A DNA stretch of 59,290 bases from Clostridia bacterium. GTDB taxonomy: Bacteria > Bacillota > Clostridia > UBA1381. Shown one piece after another: positions 51,064-59,290 of this stretch. The DNA is taken from contig JAZRPK010000068.1 of assembly GCA_045649145.1 (NCBI GenBank), positions 1 through 59,290 of the forward strand. Direction: 5' to 3'. The notes beneath the pieces were generated by a model. The model was not told where the DNA came from. It saw only the letters and a list, made by a program, of their open reading frames with translations, and made no database searches. The translations under genes and the position numbers were made by a program. Position 1 is the first letter of the stretch. Every line of letters begins with the position of its first letter.

Positions 51064-51990
51064 GTGAATATATATAAGTCTGTAGACTGTCTTATCGGAA
51101 ACACGCCACTTTTGGAGCTTTCTAACATAGAGCGTTCACTTGGTCTTGATGCTAAGATAATTGCTAAGCTTGAATATTTTAATCCTGCAGGCTCGGTAAA
51201 GGACAGGGTTGCCCTTGCTATGCTTGACGAGGCAGAGCGTACAGGCAGGCTTAAAAGTAACTCGGTTATAATCGAGCCAACCTCGGGAAACACAGGAATC
51301 GGTCTTGCAGCAGTTGCAGCAGCAAGAGGATACCGATTGATAATTGTTATGCCAGAAACAATGTCCGAAGAACGCAAACAACTGATGCGTGCATATGGTG
51401 CAGAACTTGTACTGACAAAAGGTGCGCTTGGTATGAAGGGTGCTATCGACAAGGCAGAAGAATTAGCTAATAAAATCCCCGACAGCTTTATTGCAGGTCA
51501 GTTTGTAAACCCTGCCAATCCAAAATCTCATTTTGACACCACAGGTCCAGAAATATATCGTGACACAGAGGGAAAAGTCGATATTTTCGTAGCAGGCGTG
51601 GGCACGGGCGGCACTATAACAGGCGTAGGAGAATACCTCAAGTCAAAAAAGCCTGATATTCAAATAGTCGCTGTCGAGCCGCTTTCCTCCCCTGTCTTGT
51701 CCTGCGAGGAATCGGGGACACATAAAATACAGGGCATTGGTGCAGGATTTGTGCCTGAGGTTCTTAACACCAAAGTATATGATTATATATTCCCTGTGGC
51801 TGACGATGACGCTTTTGAAACAAGCAGAATTATAGCCAAAAAGGAAGGCGTATTGGTCGGTATCTCCTCAGGTGCAGCAGCATATGCGGCTATCACCCTT
51901 TCAAAACTACCCGAAAATAAGGGCAAAAATATAGTTGTCCTCTTCCCCGACACCGGAGAAAGATATCTATCATCCGGATTATTTAAGTAA
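51064..51990 (+). CDS. cysK: cysteine synthase A (O-acetylserine sulfhydrylase)
   Basis: 308 aa with a GTG start after AAGGAG. NPAGSVKDR (PLP lysine), TSGNTGIGLA and GVGTGGTITG. Confidence 0.93.
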   Translation: MNIYKSVDCLIGNTPLLELSNIERSLGLDAKIIAKLEYFNPAGSVKDRVALAMLDEAERTGRLKSNSVIIEPTSGNTGIGLAAVAAARGYRLIIVMPETMSEERKQLMRAYGAELVLTKGALGMKGAIDKAEELANKIPDSFIAGQFVNPANPKSHFDTTGPEIYRDTEGKVDIFVAGVGTGGTITGVGEYLKSKKPDIQIVAVEPLSSPVLSCEESGTHKIQGIGAGFVPEVLNTKVYDYIFPVADDDAFETSRIIAKKEGVLVGISSGAAAYAAITLSKLPENKGKNIVVLFPDTGERYLSSGLFK

Positions 51991-51995
51991 ATATT

Positions 51996-52029
51996 AAAGA
52001 AAGTGACACTTTTGTGTCACTTTCTTTTT
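51996..52029. terminator. bidirectional terminator between cysK and the LysM/CAP gene
   Basis: 14-bp stem AAAGAAAGTGACAC / GTGTCACTTTCTTT with a TTTT loop. Confidence 0.8.
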
Positions 52030-52633
52030 ACTGTCTTATAAACATCTGTGTCCAGTAGTTTCCGTCAGCAACATATCCAACTCCGATTTTGGTATATGTA
52101 GAGTTCAAAATATTGGCTCGGTGCCCCGACGAATTCATCCAGCCATTGACTACCGCCTCGGGCGTTCTCTGTCCTCTTGCTATATTCTCCGCCGCTGCCG
52201 TGAAGGAAATGCCGAAGTCCTTTATCATCTTAAACGGCGAGCCGTAAACGGGACTGGTATGAGAAAAATATTTGTTATCCTTCATATCCTGCGACTTAAA
52301 TCTCGCCACTCTGCTAAGCTCCCAATCGGCCGTCAGCGTCCTTAGGCCATTCTCGACTCTTATTTCATTGACAAGACGGATAACCTCGTTTTCATAATTA
52401 AGTACCGCCGAATTCTCCTTCGGAATGTTTATAACCTGCCCTGGATAAATAAGGTCAGGGTTTACGATGTGCGGATTTGCTCTTTTAATTTCACCAAGTC
52501 CCACCTCGTACTTAACCGCAATTTTCCACATACTGTCGCCTGATACTACAGTATGTGTCGATGACGCCGCATATGCAGGTAGCATCGCTAAAAGCTGCCC
52601 TGTAACTATCGCTCCCGCTACAATCTTTTTCAT
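52028..52633 (-). CDS. secreted LysM + CAP/SCP (YkwD-like) domain protein
   Basis: 201 aa from MKKIVAGAIVTGQLLAMLPAYA (signal peptide) after AGGAGG. LysM motif (HTVVSGDSMWKIAVKY). The C-terminal part is SCP-like (GHRANIL, YWTQMF). Confidence 0.8.
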   Translation of the reverse strand: MKKIVAGAIVTGQLLAMLPAYAASSTHTVVSGDSMWKIAVKYEVGLGEIKRANPHIVNPDLIYPGQVINIPKENSAVLNYENEVIRLVNEIRVENGLRTLTADWELSRVARFKSQDMKDNKYFSHTSPVYGSPFKMIKDFGISFTAAAENIARGQRTPEAVVNGWMNSSGHRANILNSTYTKIGVGYVADGNYWTQMFIRQ

Positions 52634-52779
52634 AATTAAACCTCCTGTTATATACTGTGCGTGCCAAGCACTTTTATATAATAACATATTGGTTTACATA
52701 ATACAAATGTAATATGTGGTAATGGGTATTTTAGCGGAACAAAAATGCCAAACATTTTGAAAAATATTAAAAATTAGCG

Positions 52780-52809
52780 TTGACAAACGGCGCTTTGTTG
52801 TGGTATAAT
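52780..52809 (+). promoter_or_regulatory. candidate promoter of tRNA-Arg
   Basis: TTGACA (52780-52785), 18-nt spacer ending in TGG, TATAAT (52804-52809). Confidence 0.6.
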
Positions 52810-52829
52810 AATGCTCGTGGTAAAATTAT

Positions 52830-52906
52830 GCGCCGGTAGCTCAGTTGGATAGAGTGTTTGGCTACGAACCAAAAGGTCGGGGGTTCGAATCCCTTCCGGC
52901 GTACCA
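52830..52906 (+). tRNA. tRNA-Arg (anticodon ACG)
   Basis: GCGCCGGTAGCTCAGTTGGATAGAG..., anticodon stem TTTGG/CCAAA with loop CTACGAA, T loop GGTTCGAATCC, encoded CCA. A hairpin follows at 52907-52942. Confidence 0.9.
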
Positions 52907-53018
52907 AAAAGAGATGTATGCGATAGCGTACGTCTCTTTTTGTATACGGCGTATGAGAACCCCAGACTGCGTACCAAAAATATCCCTCCGTTATACAGAG
53001 GGATATTTTTAATTCCGG

Positions 53019-53861
53019 TCAAGTAATATTATACTTACCAGGCGTTACGCCTACGTGCTTTTTGAATACACGTATAAAATTCGCATAGTCCTCAAAGCCG
53101 CACAGCATTGCCGTATCTGTCACATTTTTGCCTGAGGAGAGCAATTTTTTCGCTTCGGTAATTCTTAGCGAGGTAATATATTTTGAAACCGTAGTACCGC
53201 AATATTTGTTAAAGAGCCTGCACAGCTGATTTACCGACACATAGGAATGCTGTGCAATTTTTTCAAGCGAAAGCGGCTGACTGAAATTGCTGTTGATATA
53301 ATCAATAGCTTTTTTTATTGCCTCGCTGCCAATGGTTTTTTCCGAATTTGACTGCTGTAAAAAGGCAGAATTTATCAATATCAGAATTTCCGTTGCGGTT
53401 ATTGTTTTTATAATATCATCACCGAAATTCTTTTCCTCCTCCAGCCTTTTTATATACCCTATTAAACGCTCAAGCTCCTCAGGCGAGAGCCGTATTTTAT
53501 TTGACTCGCCTTTCCCCCTTGTGTAAAAACAGTGCGACAAATCGGTCTTTGCCGAGGACTGTGCATAAAGGAATTCCGGATGCACCTGCATAACATAGCG
53601 GCAAAATTTTTCCTCCGCCTCAAAGGTTATCTTATGTGCTTCAAACTGATTTATAATAAATATATCTCCGTCATTTACGTCATACACCTTGTCATTTATC
53701 AAAAAGTTCTTTCCCCCGCCCATACACAAAAGCACCTCACAACAGTCGTGAATGTGTATATTAAGGTCCGGATTCTGCTTTTCGGAGTAGTAAAAGCCGA
53801 AGCTTTTGTTATCGTTTGCACATTTAACTGCGTCATAGCATTTATCAAATATACATTTCAT
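53019..53861 (-). CDS. AraC-family transcriptional regulator (cupin sensor + HTH)
   Basis: 280 aa. N-terminal cupin-like HIHDCCEVLLCMGG. C-terminal AraC HTH (LSLEKIAQHSYVSVNQLCRLF, GFEDYANFIRVFKKHVGVTPGKY). Confidence 0.85.
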   Translation of the reverse strand: MKCIFDKCYDAVKCANDNKSFGFYYSEKQNPDLNIHIHDCCEVLLCMGGGKNFLINDKVYDVNDGDIFIINQFEAHKITFEAEEKFCRYVMQVHPEFLYAQSSAKTDLSHCFYTRGKGESNKIRLSPEELERLIGYIKRLEEEKNFGDDIIKTITATEILILINSAFLQQSNSEKTIGSEAIKKAIDYINSNFSQPLSLEKIAQHSYVSVNQLCRLFNKYCGTTVSKYITSLRITEAKKLLSSGKNVTDTAMLCGFEDYANFIRVFKKHVGVTPGKYNIT

Positions 53862-53918
53862 TTCCTCGCCTCCTGTTACATTATATCATTACTTGGTGAT
53901 ATTTGCAATAAAAACATT

Positions 53919-53945
53919 AAATATTGCAATAACATTGCAATATTT
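53919..53945. promoter_or_regulatory. perfect inverted repeat (operator candidate) in the araC / kduI divergent region
   Basis: AAATATTGCAAT-AAC-ATTGCAATATTT: 12-bp arms with a 3-bp spacer. It ends 6 nt before an extended -10 (TGGTATAAT, 53949-53957). A related half-site ATATTTGCAAT lies at 53899-53909. Confidence 0.5.
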
Positions 53946-53988
53946 GTATGGTATAATTACATTAGAATTATAATGAGGAGGTGTAGAA

Positions 53989-55617
53989 TTGCTTACATTA
54001 AAGGTACTTAACAAGGATAAAGAAGTGCTTGCTCTTGAAAAGGGAAGCAATATTTCTCTTGAGTATAACACCGCGTACAACGACGGTGATTACATTCGCA
54101 TTGAAAGCAGCATTGATACCTTTATCGCTGTAAAATTTGACAAAACGCTTAGTGAGAGCATTATTTTCATCCCCGGTAAGAGCTTTGAGTTTGCCATTCC
54201 TAATGCAAGAGTTTGCGAAGGCTGCTACGGCGAAGAAGCTTTTTCGGGAGAGAAACACGTTATCTGCGCCCGTGAGGTAACTGATGACGAGGTGTATTCT
54301 TACAGAAAAATATCGCTTAATTCTCACGATATTCACGGAAAGGCGAAATCATATCCTCACGCATCGGCAAACTTTGTTACACGTGAAGAGCCGTGCTTCT
54401 ACGCTCGCAACGCAATTGACGGCGTAATCAAAAATGACGGACACGGTTATTATCCCTACCATTCATGGGCAGGCGGTGCAAGAGAGGATCTTGAATTTAC
54501 CCTTGATTTTAAGCACAAGGTCAGTGTTGACAAGGTTGTTTTCTATCTGCGTGCAGATTTCCCGCACGATACCTTCTGGAAATATATTGATGTGGAATTT
54601 TCTGATGGCAGTGTAGAAACAGCAGAGCTTGAAGGCGTTGCCGAAGGACAGGCAATTACCTTTGAGGCAAGGGAAACTACATATATTAAGCTAAAGAACT
54701 TTAGGCAGGTAAGCTATCCGCTTTCTTGGGCGGCGCTTACTCAGATTGAAGTTTTTGGCGAATTTATAAAGGAGGATTTTAGTAAAATGGAAGTAAGACA
54801 GGCATCAAACGCAAAAGACGTAAAGCACTACACAACTGAAAGATTGAGAGAGGAATTCCACATTGCGAACCTCTTTACAAAGGACAACACAAGAATGGTT
54901 TACAGCCATATCGACAGAATTATCACAGCAGGCATTATGCCCGTTTTCCAGGAATTAAGACTTGAGGCAGGCAAAGAGCTTGCAGCAGATTATTTCCTTG
55001 AGCGTCGTGAGATGGGTTGTATCAACATCGGCGGCAAGGGCATTATCACTGTAGACGGTACAGAGTACGAAATGAACCCCCGTGACGGTATGTATATCGG
55101 TATGGGCAACAAGGAAATCACCTTCAAGAGCGTAGACACAGATAATCCTGCCAAGTTCTATGTTTCTTCCTGCCCTGCACACACAACATATCCCACCGTT
55201 AAGATTGATATTACAAAGGCAAAGAAGGTTCCCTGCGGAAGTGTTGAGGATTGTAACAAGCGTGTTATCAACCAGTACATTCACCCCGAGGTGATGAAGA
55301 GCTGCCAGCTTGCAATGGGCCTTACACAGCTTGAGCCGGGTTCTAACTGGAACACAATGCCTTCTCACACTCATGACAGACGTATGGAGGTTTATCTCTA
55401 TCTTGATATGGGCGAGAATGACGCAGTATTCCATATGATGGGCGAGCCTCAGCAGACAAGACATATCATTATGCACAACGAGGAAGCTGTCATATCCCCC
55501 AGCTGGTCAATCCACAGCGGTGTAGGTACAAAGGCATATTCATTCATCTGGGCTATGTGCGGCGAAAATCAGGAATTTACTGATATGGACCACATTGAAA
55601 CAAAAGAATTACTGTAA
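53989..55617 (+). CDS. kduI: fusion ORF: N-terminal approx. 266-aa galactose-binding/discoidin-like domain + 5-dehydro-4-deoxy-D-glucuronate isomerase (KduI)
   Basis: The C-terminal 276 aa (from MEVRQASNAKD, ATG 54787) align along their length with E. coli KduI (MVYSHIDRII, TMPSHTHDRRMEVY, SPSWSIHSGVGT). The N-terminal part has NAIDG...W...EVFG discoidin-like landmarks. TTG start after GAGGAGG. No stop between the two parts. Confidence 0.8.
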   Translation: MLTLKVLNKDKEVLALEKGSNISLEYNTAYNDGDYIRIESSIDTFIAVKFDKTLSESIIFIPGKSFEFAIPNARVCEGCYGEEAFSGEKHVICAREVTDDEVYSYRKISLNSHDIHGKAKSYPHASANFVTREEPCFYARNAIDGVIKNDGHGYYPYHSWAGGAREDLEFTLDFKHKVSVDKVVFYLRADFPHDTFWKYIDVEFSDGSVETAELEGVAEGQAITFEARETTYIKLKNFRQVSYPLSWAALTQIEVFGEFIKEDFSKMEVRQASNAKDVKHYTTERLREEFHIANLFTKDNTRMVYSHIDRIITAGIMPVFQELRLEAGKELAADYFLERREMGCINIGGKGIITVDGTEYEMNPRDGMYIGMGNKEITFKSVDTDNPAKFYVSSCPAHTTYPTVKIDITKAKKVPCGSVEDCNKRVINQYIHPEVMKSCQLAMGLTQLEPGSNWNTMPSHTHDRRMEVYLYLDMGENDAVFHMMGEPQQTRHIIMHNEEAVISPSWSIHSGVGTKAYSFIWAMCGENQEFTDMDHIETKELL

Positions 55618-55635
55618 TTTTTAGGAGGTAGAATT

Positions 55636-56424
55636 ATGTTCAGTTTAACAGGTAAGGTTGCACTTGTTACAGGTGCAAGCTATGGCATAGGCTACGCTAT
55701 TGCAAAAGGTCTTGCAAACGCAGGCGCAACAATTGCATTTAACGATATCAATCAGGAGCTTGTTGACAAGGGCATCGCAGCATACAAGGCTGACGGCATT
55801 GATGCTAAGGGTTACGTTTGTGACGTAACTGACGAGGATGCTGTTAATGAGCTTGTTGCAAAGATTGAAAAGGAAGTCGGCGTTATTGATATCCTTGTAA
55901 ACAACGCAGGTATTATCAAGAGAATTCCTATGCACGAAATGACAGCTGCAGAATTCAGACAGGTTATTGATGTTGACCTTAACGCACCCTTTATTGTATC
56001 AAAGGCAGTTATCCCCTCAATGCTTAAGAAGGGCCACGGCAAAATCATAAACATCTGCTCAATGATGTCCGAGCTTGGTCGTGAAACTGTTTCTGCATAC
56101 GCTGCTGCAAAGGGCGGTCTTAAGATGCTTACAAGAAACATCTGCTCCGAGTACGGTGAATTCAACATTCAGTGTAACGGTATCGGACCGGGTTACATTG
56201 CAACACCGCAGACAGCTCCGCTTCGTGAGCCGCAGGCTGACGGCAGCAAGCACCCCTTCGACAGCTTTATCTGCGCAAAGACACCCGCAGGCAGATGGCT
56301 TGACCCTGAAGAGCTTGTTGGTCCGGCAGTATTCCTCGCATCAGAGGCATCAAATGCAGTAAACGGCCACATTCTCTACGTTGACGGCGGTATCCTTGCA
56401 TACATCGGCAAGCAGCCTAAATAA
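55636..56424 (+). CDS. kduD: SDR-family 2-dehydro-3-deoxy-D-gluconate 5-dehydrogenase / gluconate 5-dehydrogenase
   Basis: 262 aa. TGASYGIGYAIA, NNAG and YAAAK catalytic motifs. Immediately downstream of kduI. Confidence 0.78.
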   Translation: MFSLTGKVALVTGASYGIGYAIAKGLANAGATIAFNDINQELVDKGIAAYKADGIDAKGYVCDVTDEDAVNELVAKIEKEVGVIDILVNNAGIIKRIPMHEMTAAEFRQVIDVDLNAPFIVSKAVIPSMLKKGHGKIINICSMMSELGRETVSAYAAAKGGLKMLTRNICSEYGEFNIQCNGIGPGYIATPQTAPLREPQADGSKHPFDSFICAKTPAGRWLDPEELVGPAVFLASEASNAVNGHILYVDGGILAYIGKQPK

Positions 56425-56440
56425 AACTTAACAGAATATA

Positions 56441-56475
56441 AAAATAACGTATCTCTTTTGAGATACGTTATTTTC
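56441..56475. terminator. bidirectional terminator after kduD
   Basis: 13-bp stem AATAACGTATCTC / GAGATACGTTATT with a TTTT loop. Confidence 0.8.
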
Positions 56476-56484
56476 TTTATGTAA

Positions 56485-57237
56485 TTATAATTTAATTCTG
56501 TCAATAAAACTGAGCTTTGGCAGATTTGTTTTTTCTATCTGTTCATTATTAAGAACCGCCGCCGCATTTCTTTCGGTATAGTCAGCAAACCTTTTGCCAA
56601 AGCGTTCTGTAATTATTTTATACGCATCCTTCATTCTGTTTCTTCTGTCGTCAAGATTGTGCATATCACTACCGATAAGATGCACATAATCACGATAGAA
56701 AAGGTCCAACAAAGTCCTTCGCATCGGTTTGTGCATAAAGGATTCCGCATTCACCTGAAAGAGTACGTCAAGAGACTTGAGGTTATGAAACTCCTTTTCA
56801 TATCTCATATACCGCTCTATGTGTGCCATTATCGGCTTTAGTCCCATCAGCTGAATATTATATATTGCTTCGTAAATATCCTGATTCCATCCCGAATATG
56901 GCATCTCCAGCAGAATATAGTCGGTGCCTTGTATTGCAAGACGCGAAACGGACTCATAGTTCCCGATATATGGCGCCATATGCACTTCGCAGCCAAGACG
57001 TATTTCGGGGAATTTCCCAACCTCACCCGACACAGCCTCACGCAAGGCATCATACGCTCTGTTACGTCTTTCGACAAACTTATCTATATCACTTTCCTCG
57101 CCGATATAAGCGTGAGAAGTCGAAACAACTGTATCTATTCCGTCACGAGCCGCCTTTTTAAGCATTTGCACAGCAGTTTTAATATCCTCTGCGCCATCAT
57201 CCACCTCAGGAAGTATATGAGAATGAAAGTCAATCAT
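56485..57237 (-). CDS. PHP-domain protein-tyrosine phosphatase (CpsB/YwqE family)
   Basis: 250 aa. MIDFHSHILPEVDDGA, TSH, HIERY and GSDMH metal-binding motifs. Confidence 0.8.
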   Translation of the reverse strand: MIDFHSHILPEVDDGAEDIKTAVQMLKKAARDGIDTVVSTSHAYIGEESDIDKFVERRNRAYDALREAVSGEVGKFPEIRLGCEVHMAPYIGNYESVSRLAIQGTDYILLEMPYSGWNQDIYEAIYNIQLMGLKPIMAHIERYMRYEKEFHNLKSLDVLFQVNAESFMHKPMRRTLLDLFYRDYVHLIGSDMHNLDDRRNRMKDAYKIITERFGKRFADYTERNAAAVLNNEQIEKTNLPKLSFIDRIKL

Positions 57238-57253
57238 AATATCACTCCGTATC

Positions 57254-57505
57254 TTAAAGATTACCGATATAAGATTTTACAAGCTCTTCCAAAAGTTCGT
57301 CCCTTTCAACACGCACAATCTTGCTGCGTGCGCCGTTATAGCTGGTGATGTATGTGGGGTCACCCGAAAGGATGTATCCTACAATCTGGCTTATGGGGTC
57401 ATAACCCTTTAGCTTTAAGGAATTATAAACATCGTCAATAATCTCCTTTACAAGCTTAGCCTTATCATATTCAATTTTCCACTTTAGTGTTTCGTTATTA
57501 TCCAT
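57254..57505 (-). CDS. ireB: IreB-family regulatory phosphoprotein (UPF0297/DUF965)
   Basis: 83 aa from [31 protein letters not shown] is the family signature. Confidence 0.8.
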   Translation of the reverse strand: MDNNETLKWKIEYDKAKLVKEIIDDVYNSLKLKGYDPISQIVGYILSGDPTYITSYNGARSKIVRVERDELLEELVKSYIGNL

Positions 57506-57633
57506 AATACATTCCTTTCCGCCCGGGCAGCTGCCCAAGCCACGTATTATGCTATCATTATAGCACCTTTATTTCTCTTTTGCAAGTCATTACTAAAAAT
57601 TTGTGCACTCCATATATTCTTCTCATTTTTCTT

Positions 57634-57663
57634 AAAAAAAAGAAGCTATCCAAAATGGATAGC
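57634..57663 (-). terminator. intrinsic terminator after the ispH-S1 fusion gene
   Basis: GCTATCC / GGATAGC stem. On the minus strand TTCTTTTTTTT follows. Confidence 0.75.
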
Positions 57664-57679
57664 GTCATAAACAAGCTAA

Positions 57680-59290
57680 TTATTCAGCGTCAGCAGCTTC
57701 CTCAGCTACTTCTTCCTCTGCGGGATTTTCTGCGATATACTTTTCGATATCAACAGGAGCATCCTCTACATCCTCAACTACAGGAGCAGCTTCCTCTACA
57801 GGAGCTTCTTCCTTCTTCTCAACGGGCGGAGCAATCAAAGCTCTGATTGAAAGACTGATTTTGTTAGCGTCCCAATCAATAGCTGTAATCTTAGCCTCTA
57901 CCTCGTCTCCGATTGTAAGTACATCCTCAGGTTTACCGATTCTTCTATCAGCAATCTGTGAAATATGAATAAGTCCGTCTACGTTAGGCATAAGCTCGCA
58001 GAATGCACCAAACGGCATAATTCTTACTACCTTTGCCTTAACAACGTCGCCCTCATTATACTTAGCCTTAGCAACAACCCAAGGATTGTCCTCAGCCTTT
58101 TTATATCCGAGCGAGATTTTCTTAGTTTCAGCGTTTAAGTCCTTAATATAAACAGTAACTACATCGCCTTCTTTAACAACCTCTGAGGGGTGCTTGATTT
58201 TGCTCCAAGAAAGCTCTGAAATGTGCACAAGTCCGTCTACGCCGCCAAGGTCAACAAATGCACCAAAGCTTGTAAGAGACTTAACTGCACCGGTATACTC
58301 CTTGCCAACCTCTGCAGCTGACCAGAAAGCATCCTCAACAACCTTTCTTTCCTCCTCGAGTACGGCACGAACAGAGCCTACAAAACGCTTTTTGCGCTCA
58401 TCCATATCAATGAGTCTAAGTCTTACTTCTGTGTTAAGAAGTGTATCGAGATCCTGAACAAATCTCAATGCAGCGTGTCTTGCAGGAACAAACACCTGAG
58501 TCTGGTTTACAAGTGCAATAACGCCGCCCTTGACAGCTCTGATAATCTTACCGTCAAGAATTTCCTTGTTCTCAAAGGCCTCCTTCATCTTGTTCCAGCT
58601 TTCCATTGCGATAAGCTTTTTCCTTGAGAGAACAACCTTGCCCTCAGCGTCGTTAACTCCGACAACGTAAACCTTAATCTCCTCGCCGGGCTTAACCAAA
58701 TCGGTAACCTTTGCATACGGGTCATCGCTCAGCTGGTCGGCAGCCAACTGACCGTTGTACTTAAATCCACCAAGGTCAACGATAACCTCGTTATTGCGGA
58801 TTTCGACTACTGTTGCATCAACAATGTCTCCGTTGTGCAAGGTCTTGCTTTCTGATTGAGCAAACAGCTCTGCGAAAGACTCTTCGTTTGTCATTTTTTC
58901 GTCCATCGTTGTAAAAACCTCCTCGATAATACGTCCGGGTGTAGATGCACCCGCCGTAATACCTATCTTTCTATTTTTATATTTCACATCAGCAGGTATA
59001 TCCGCCGACGTTTCGATAAAGAAGGCTTCGGAACAGTTGGCTTTGGCGATTTCGAAAAGCTTTGCCGTATTGGAGCTTTTTCTGCCGCCTATCACAAACA
59101 TAACGTCGCTCTCTGCCGAAAGAGCTGCCGCCTCCGACTGCCTGTCCTTAGTCGCACTACATATTGTATCAAAAACTACTACACTTTTGCAAGTGTTTTT
59201 AATATTTTGTACGATTTTAACAAATAATTCTTTATTTATTGTGGTTTGTGCAACAACACAAACATCTTTTTCTGCCAATTCTTGGGGGAA
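57680..59290 (-). CDS. ispH: bifunctional 4-hydroxy-3-methylbut-2-enyl diphosphate reductase (IspH C-terminal part) / ribosomal protein S1; 5' end lies outside the window
   Basis: The reading frame is open to the window edge ([17 protein letters not shown]...). The IspH-like part ([20 protein letters not shown]) is followed by four S1 repeats and an acidic tail. This fusion is common in Clostridia. Confidence 0.88.
   Translation of the reverse strand, partial: FPQELAEKDVCVVAQTTINKELFVKIVQNIKNTCKSVVVFDTICSATKDRQSEAAALSAESDVMFVIGGRKSSNTAKLFEIAKANCSEAFFIETSADIPADVKYKNRKIGITAGASTPGRIIEEVFTTMDEKMTNEESFAELFAQSESKTLHNGDIVDATVVEIRNNEVIVDLGGFKYNGQLAADQLSDDPYAKVTDLVKPGEEIKVYVVGVNDAEGKVVLSRKKLIAMESWNKMKEAFENKEILDGKIIRAVKGGVIALVNQTQVFVPARHAALRFVQDLDTLLNTEVRLRLIDMDERKKRFVGSVRAVLEEERKVVEDAFWSAAEVGKEYTGAVKSLTSFGAFVDLGGVDGLVHISELSWSKIKHPSEVVKEGDVVTVYIKDLNAETKKISLGYKKAEDNPWVVAKAKYNEGDVVKAKVVRIMPFGAFCELMPNVDGLIHISQIADRRIGKPEDVLTIGDEVEAKITAIDWDANKISLSIRALIAPPVEKKEEAPVEEAAPVVEDVEDAPVDIEKYIAENPAEEEVAEEAADAE

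Noticed and set aside
51021-51452. 143-aa minus-strand ORF overlapping the cysK 5' region
   Set aside because: It is antisense to cysK and extends across the cysK promoter. It shows no family resemblance, so it is a shadow ORF.
52774-53022. 82-aa minus-strand ORF overlapping tRNA-Arg, and the 30172-30495 / 30291-30512 plus-strand ORFs overlapping the tRNA-Pro genes
   Set aside because: These frames read through clear tRNA cloverleaves and terminators, so they are artefacts of ORF calling.

Overview
59.3-kb chromosomal window from a Firmicute, probably a member of the Clostridia. Supporting this: an IspH-ribosomal protein S1 fusion, a pro-sigma-K gene, and the Gram-positive order rimP-nusA-ylxR-ylxQ-infB-rbfA-nrnA. 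Most of the window is housekeeping. It holds two separate histidine clusters (hisZ-hisG-hisA-hisIE-ppx and hisH-hisF), rpsT, a U32/TrhP-like plus O-methyltransferase pair, the nusA-infB operon, ilvE and ilvBNC. It also holds guaB, three tRNA genes (Pro-CGG, Pro-GGG, Arg-ACG), divergent niaR-nadCB / nadA, sigK, pflA and a pseudouridine synthase. Further genes are mnmG, an MBOAT O-acyltransferase pair, pdxK-luxS-mtnN, an asparaginase, cysK, an AraC regulator with kduI-kduD, a CpsB-type phosphatase and ireB. No CRISPR array, integrase, transposase or prophage gene was seen. The clearest accessory element is a modestly AT-richer two-gene cassette (30582-35278, minus strand) between the tRNA-Pro pair and the NAD operon. 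It encodes a 1276-aa protein with a SIR2-like but apparently catalytically degenerate N-terminus, STAND-type P-loop NTPase motifs, a long helical region and a beta-rich C-terminal module. This ORF overlaps by ATGA a 289-aa protein carrying an Rx4H (HEPN-like) motif. I read this as a candidate NLR/Avs-like defence system that I cannot match to a named one. Secondary observations include a structured leader or small RNA with its own promoter and terminator upstream of a 76-aa acidic ORF. Others are a His/Cys/Asp-rich tail on HisZ, a KduI fusion ORF that keeps an internal SD+ATG, several operator-like repeats, and an AT-rich secreted-protein pair between ilvE and ilvB. All functional calls rest on motif recognition by eye in the supplied translations, and all coordinates of small elements were hand-indexed.
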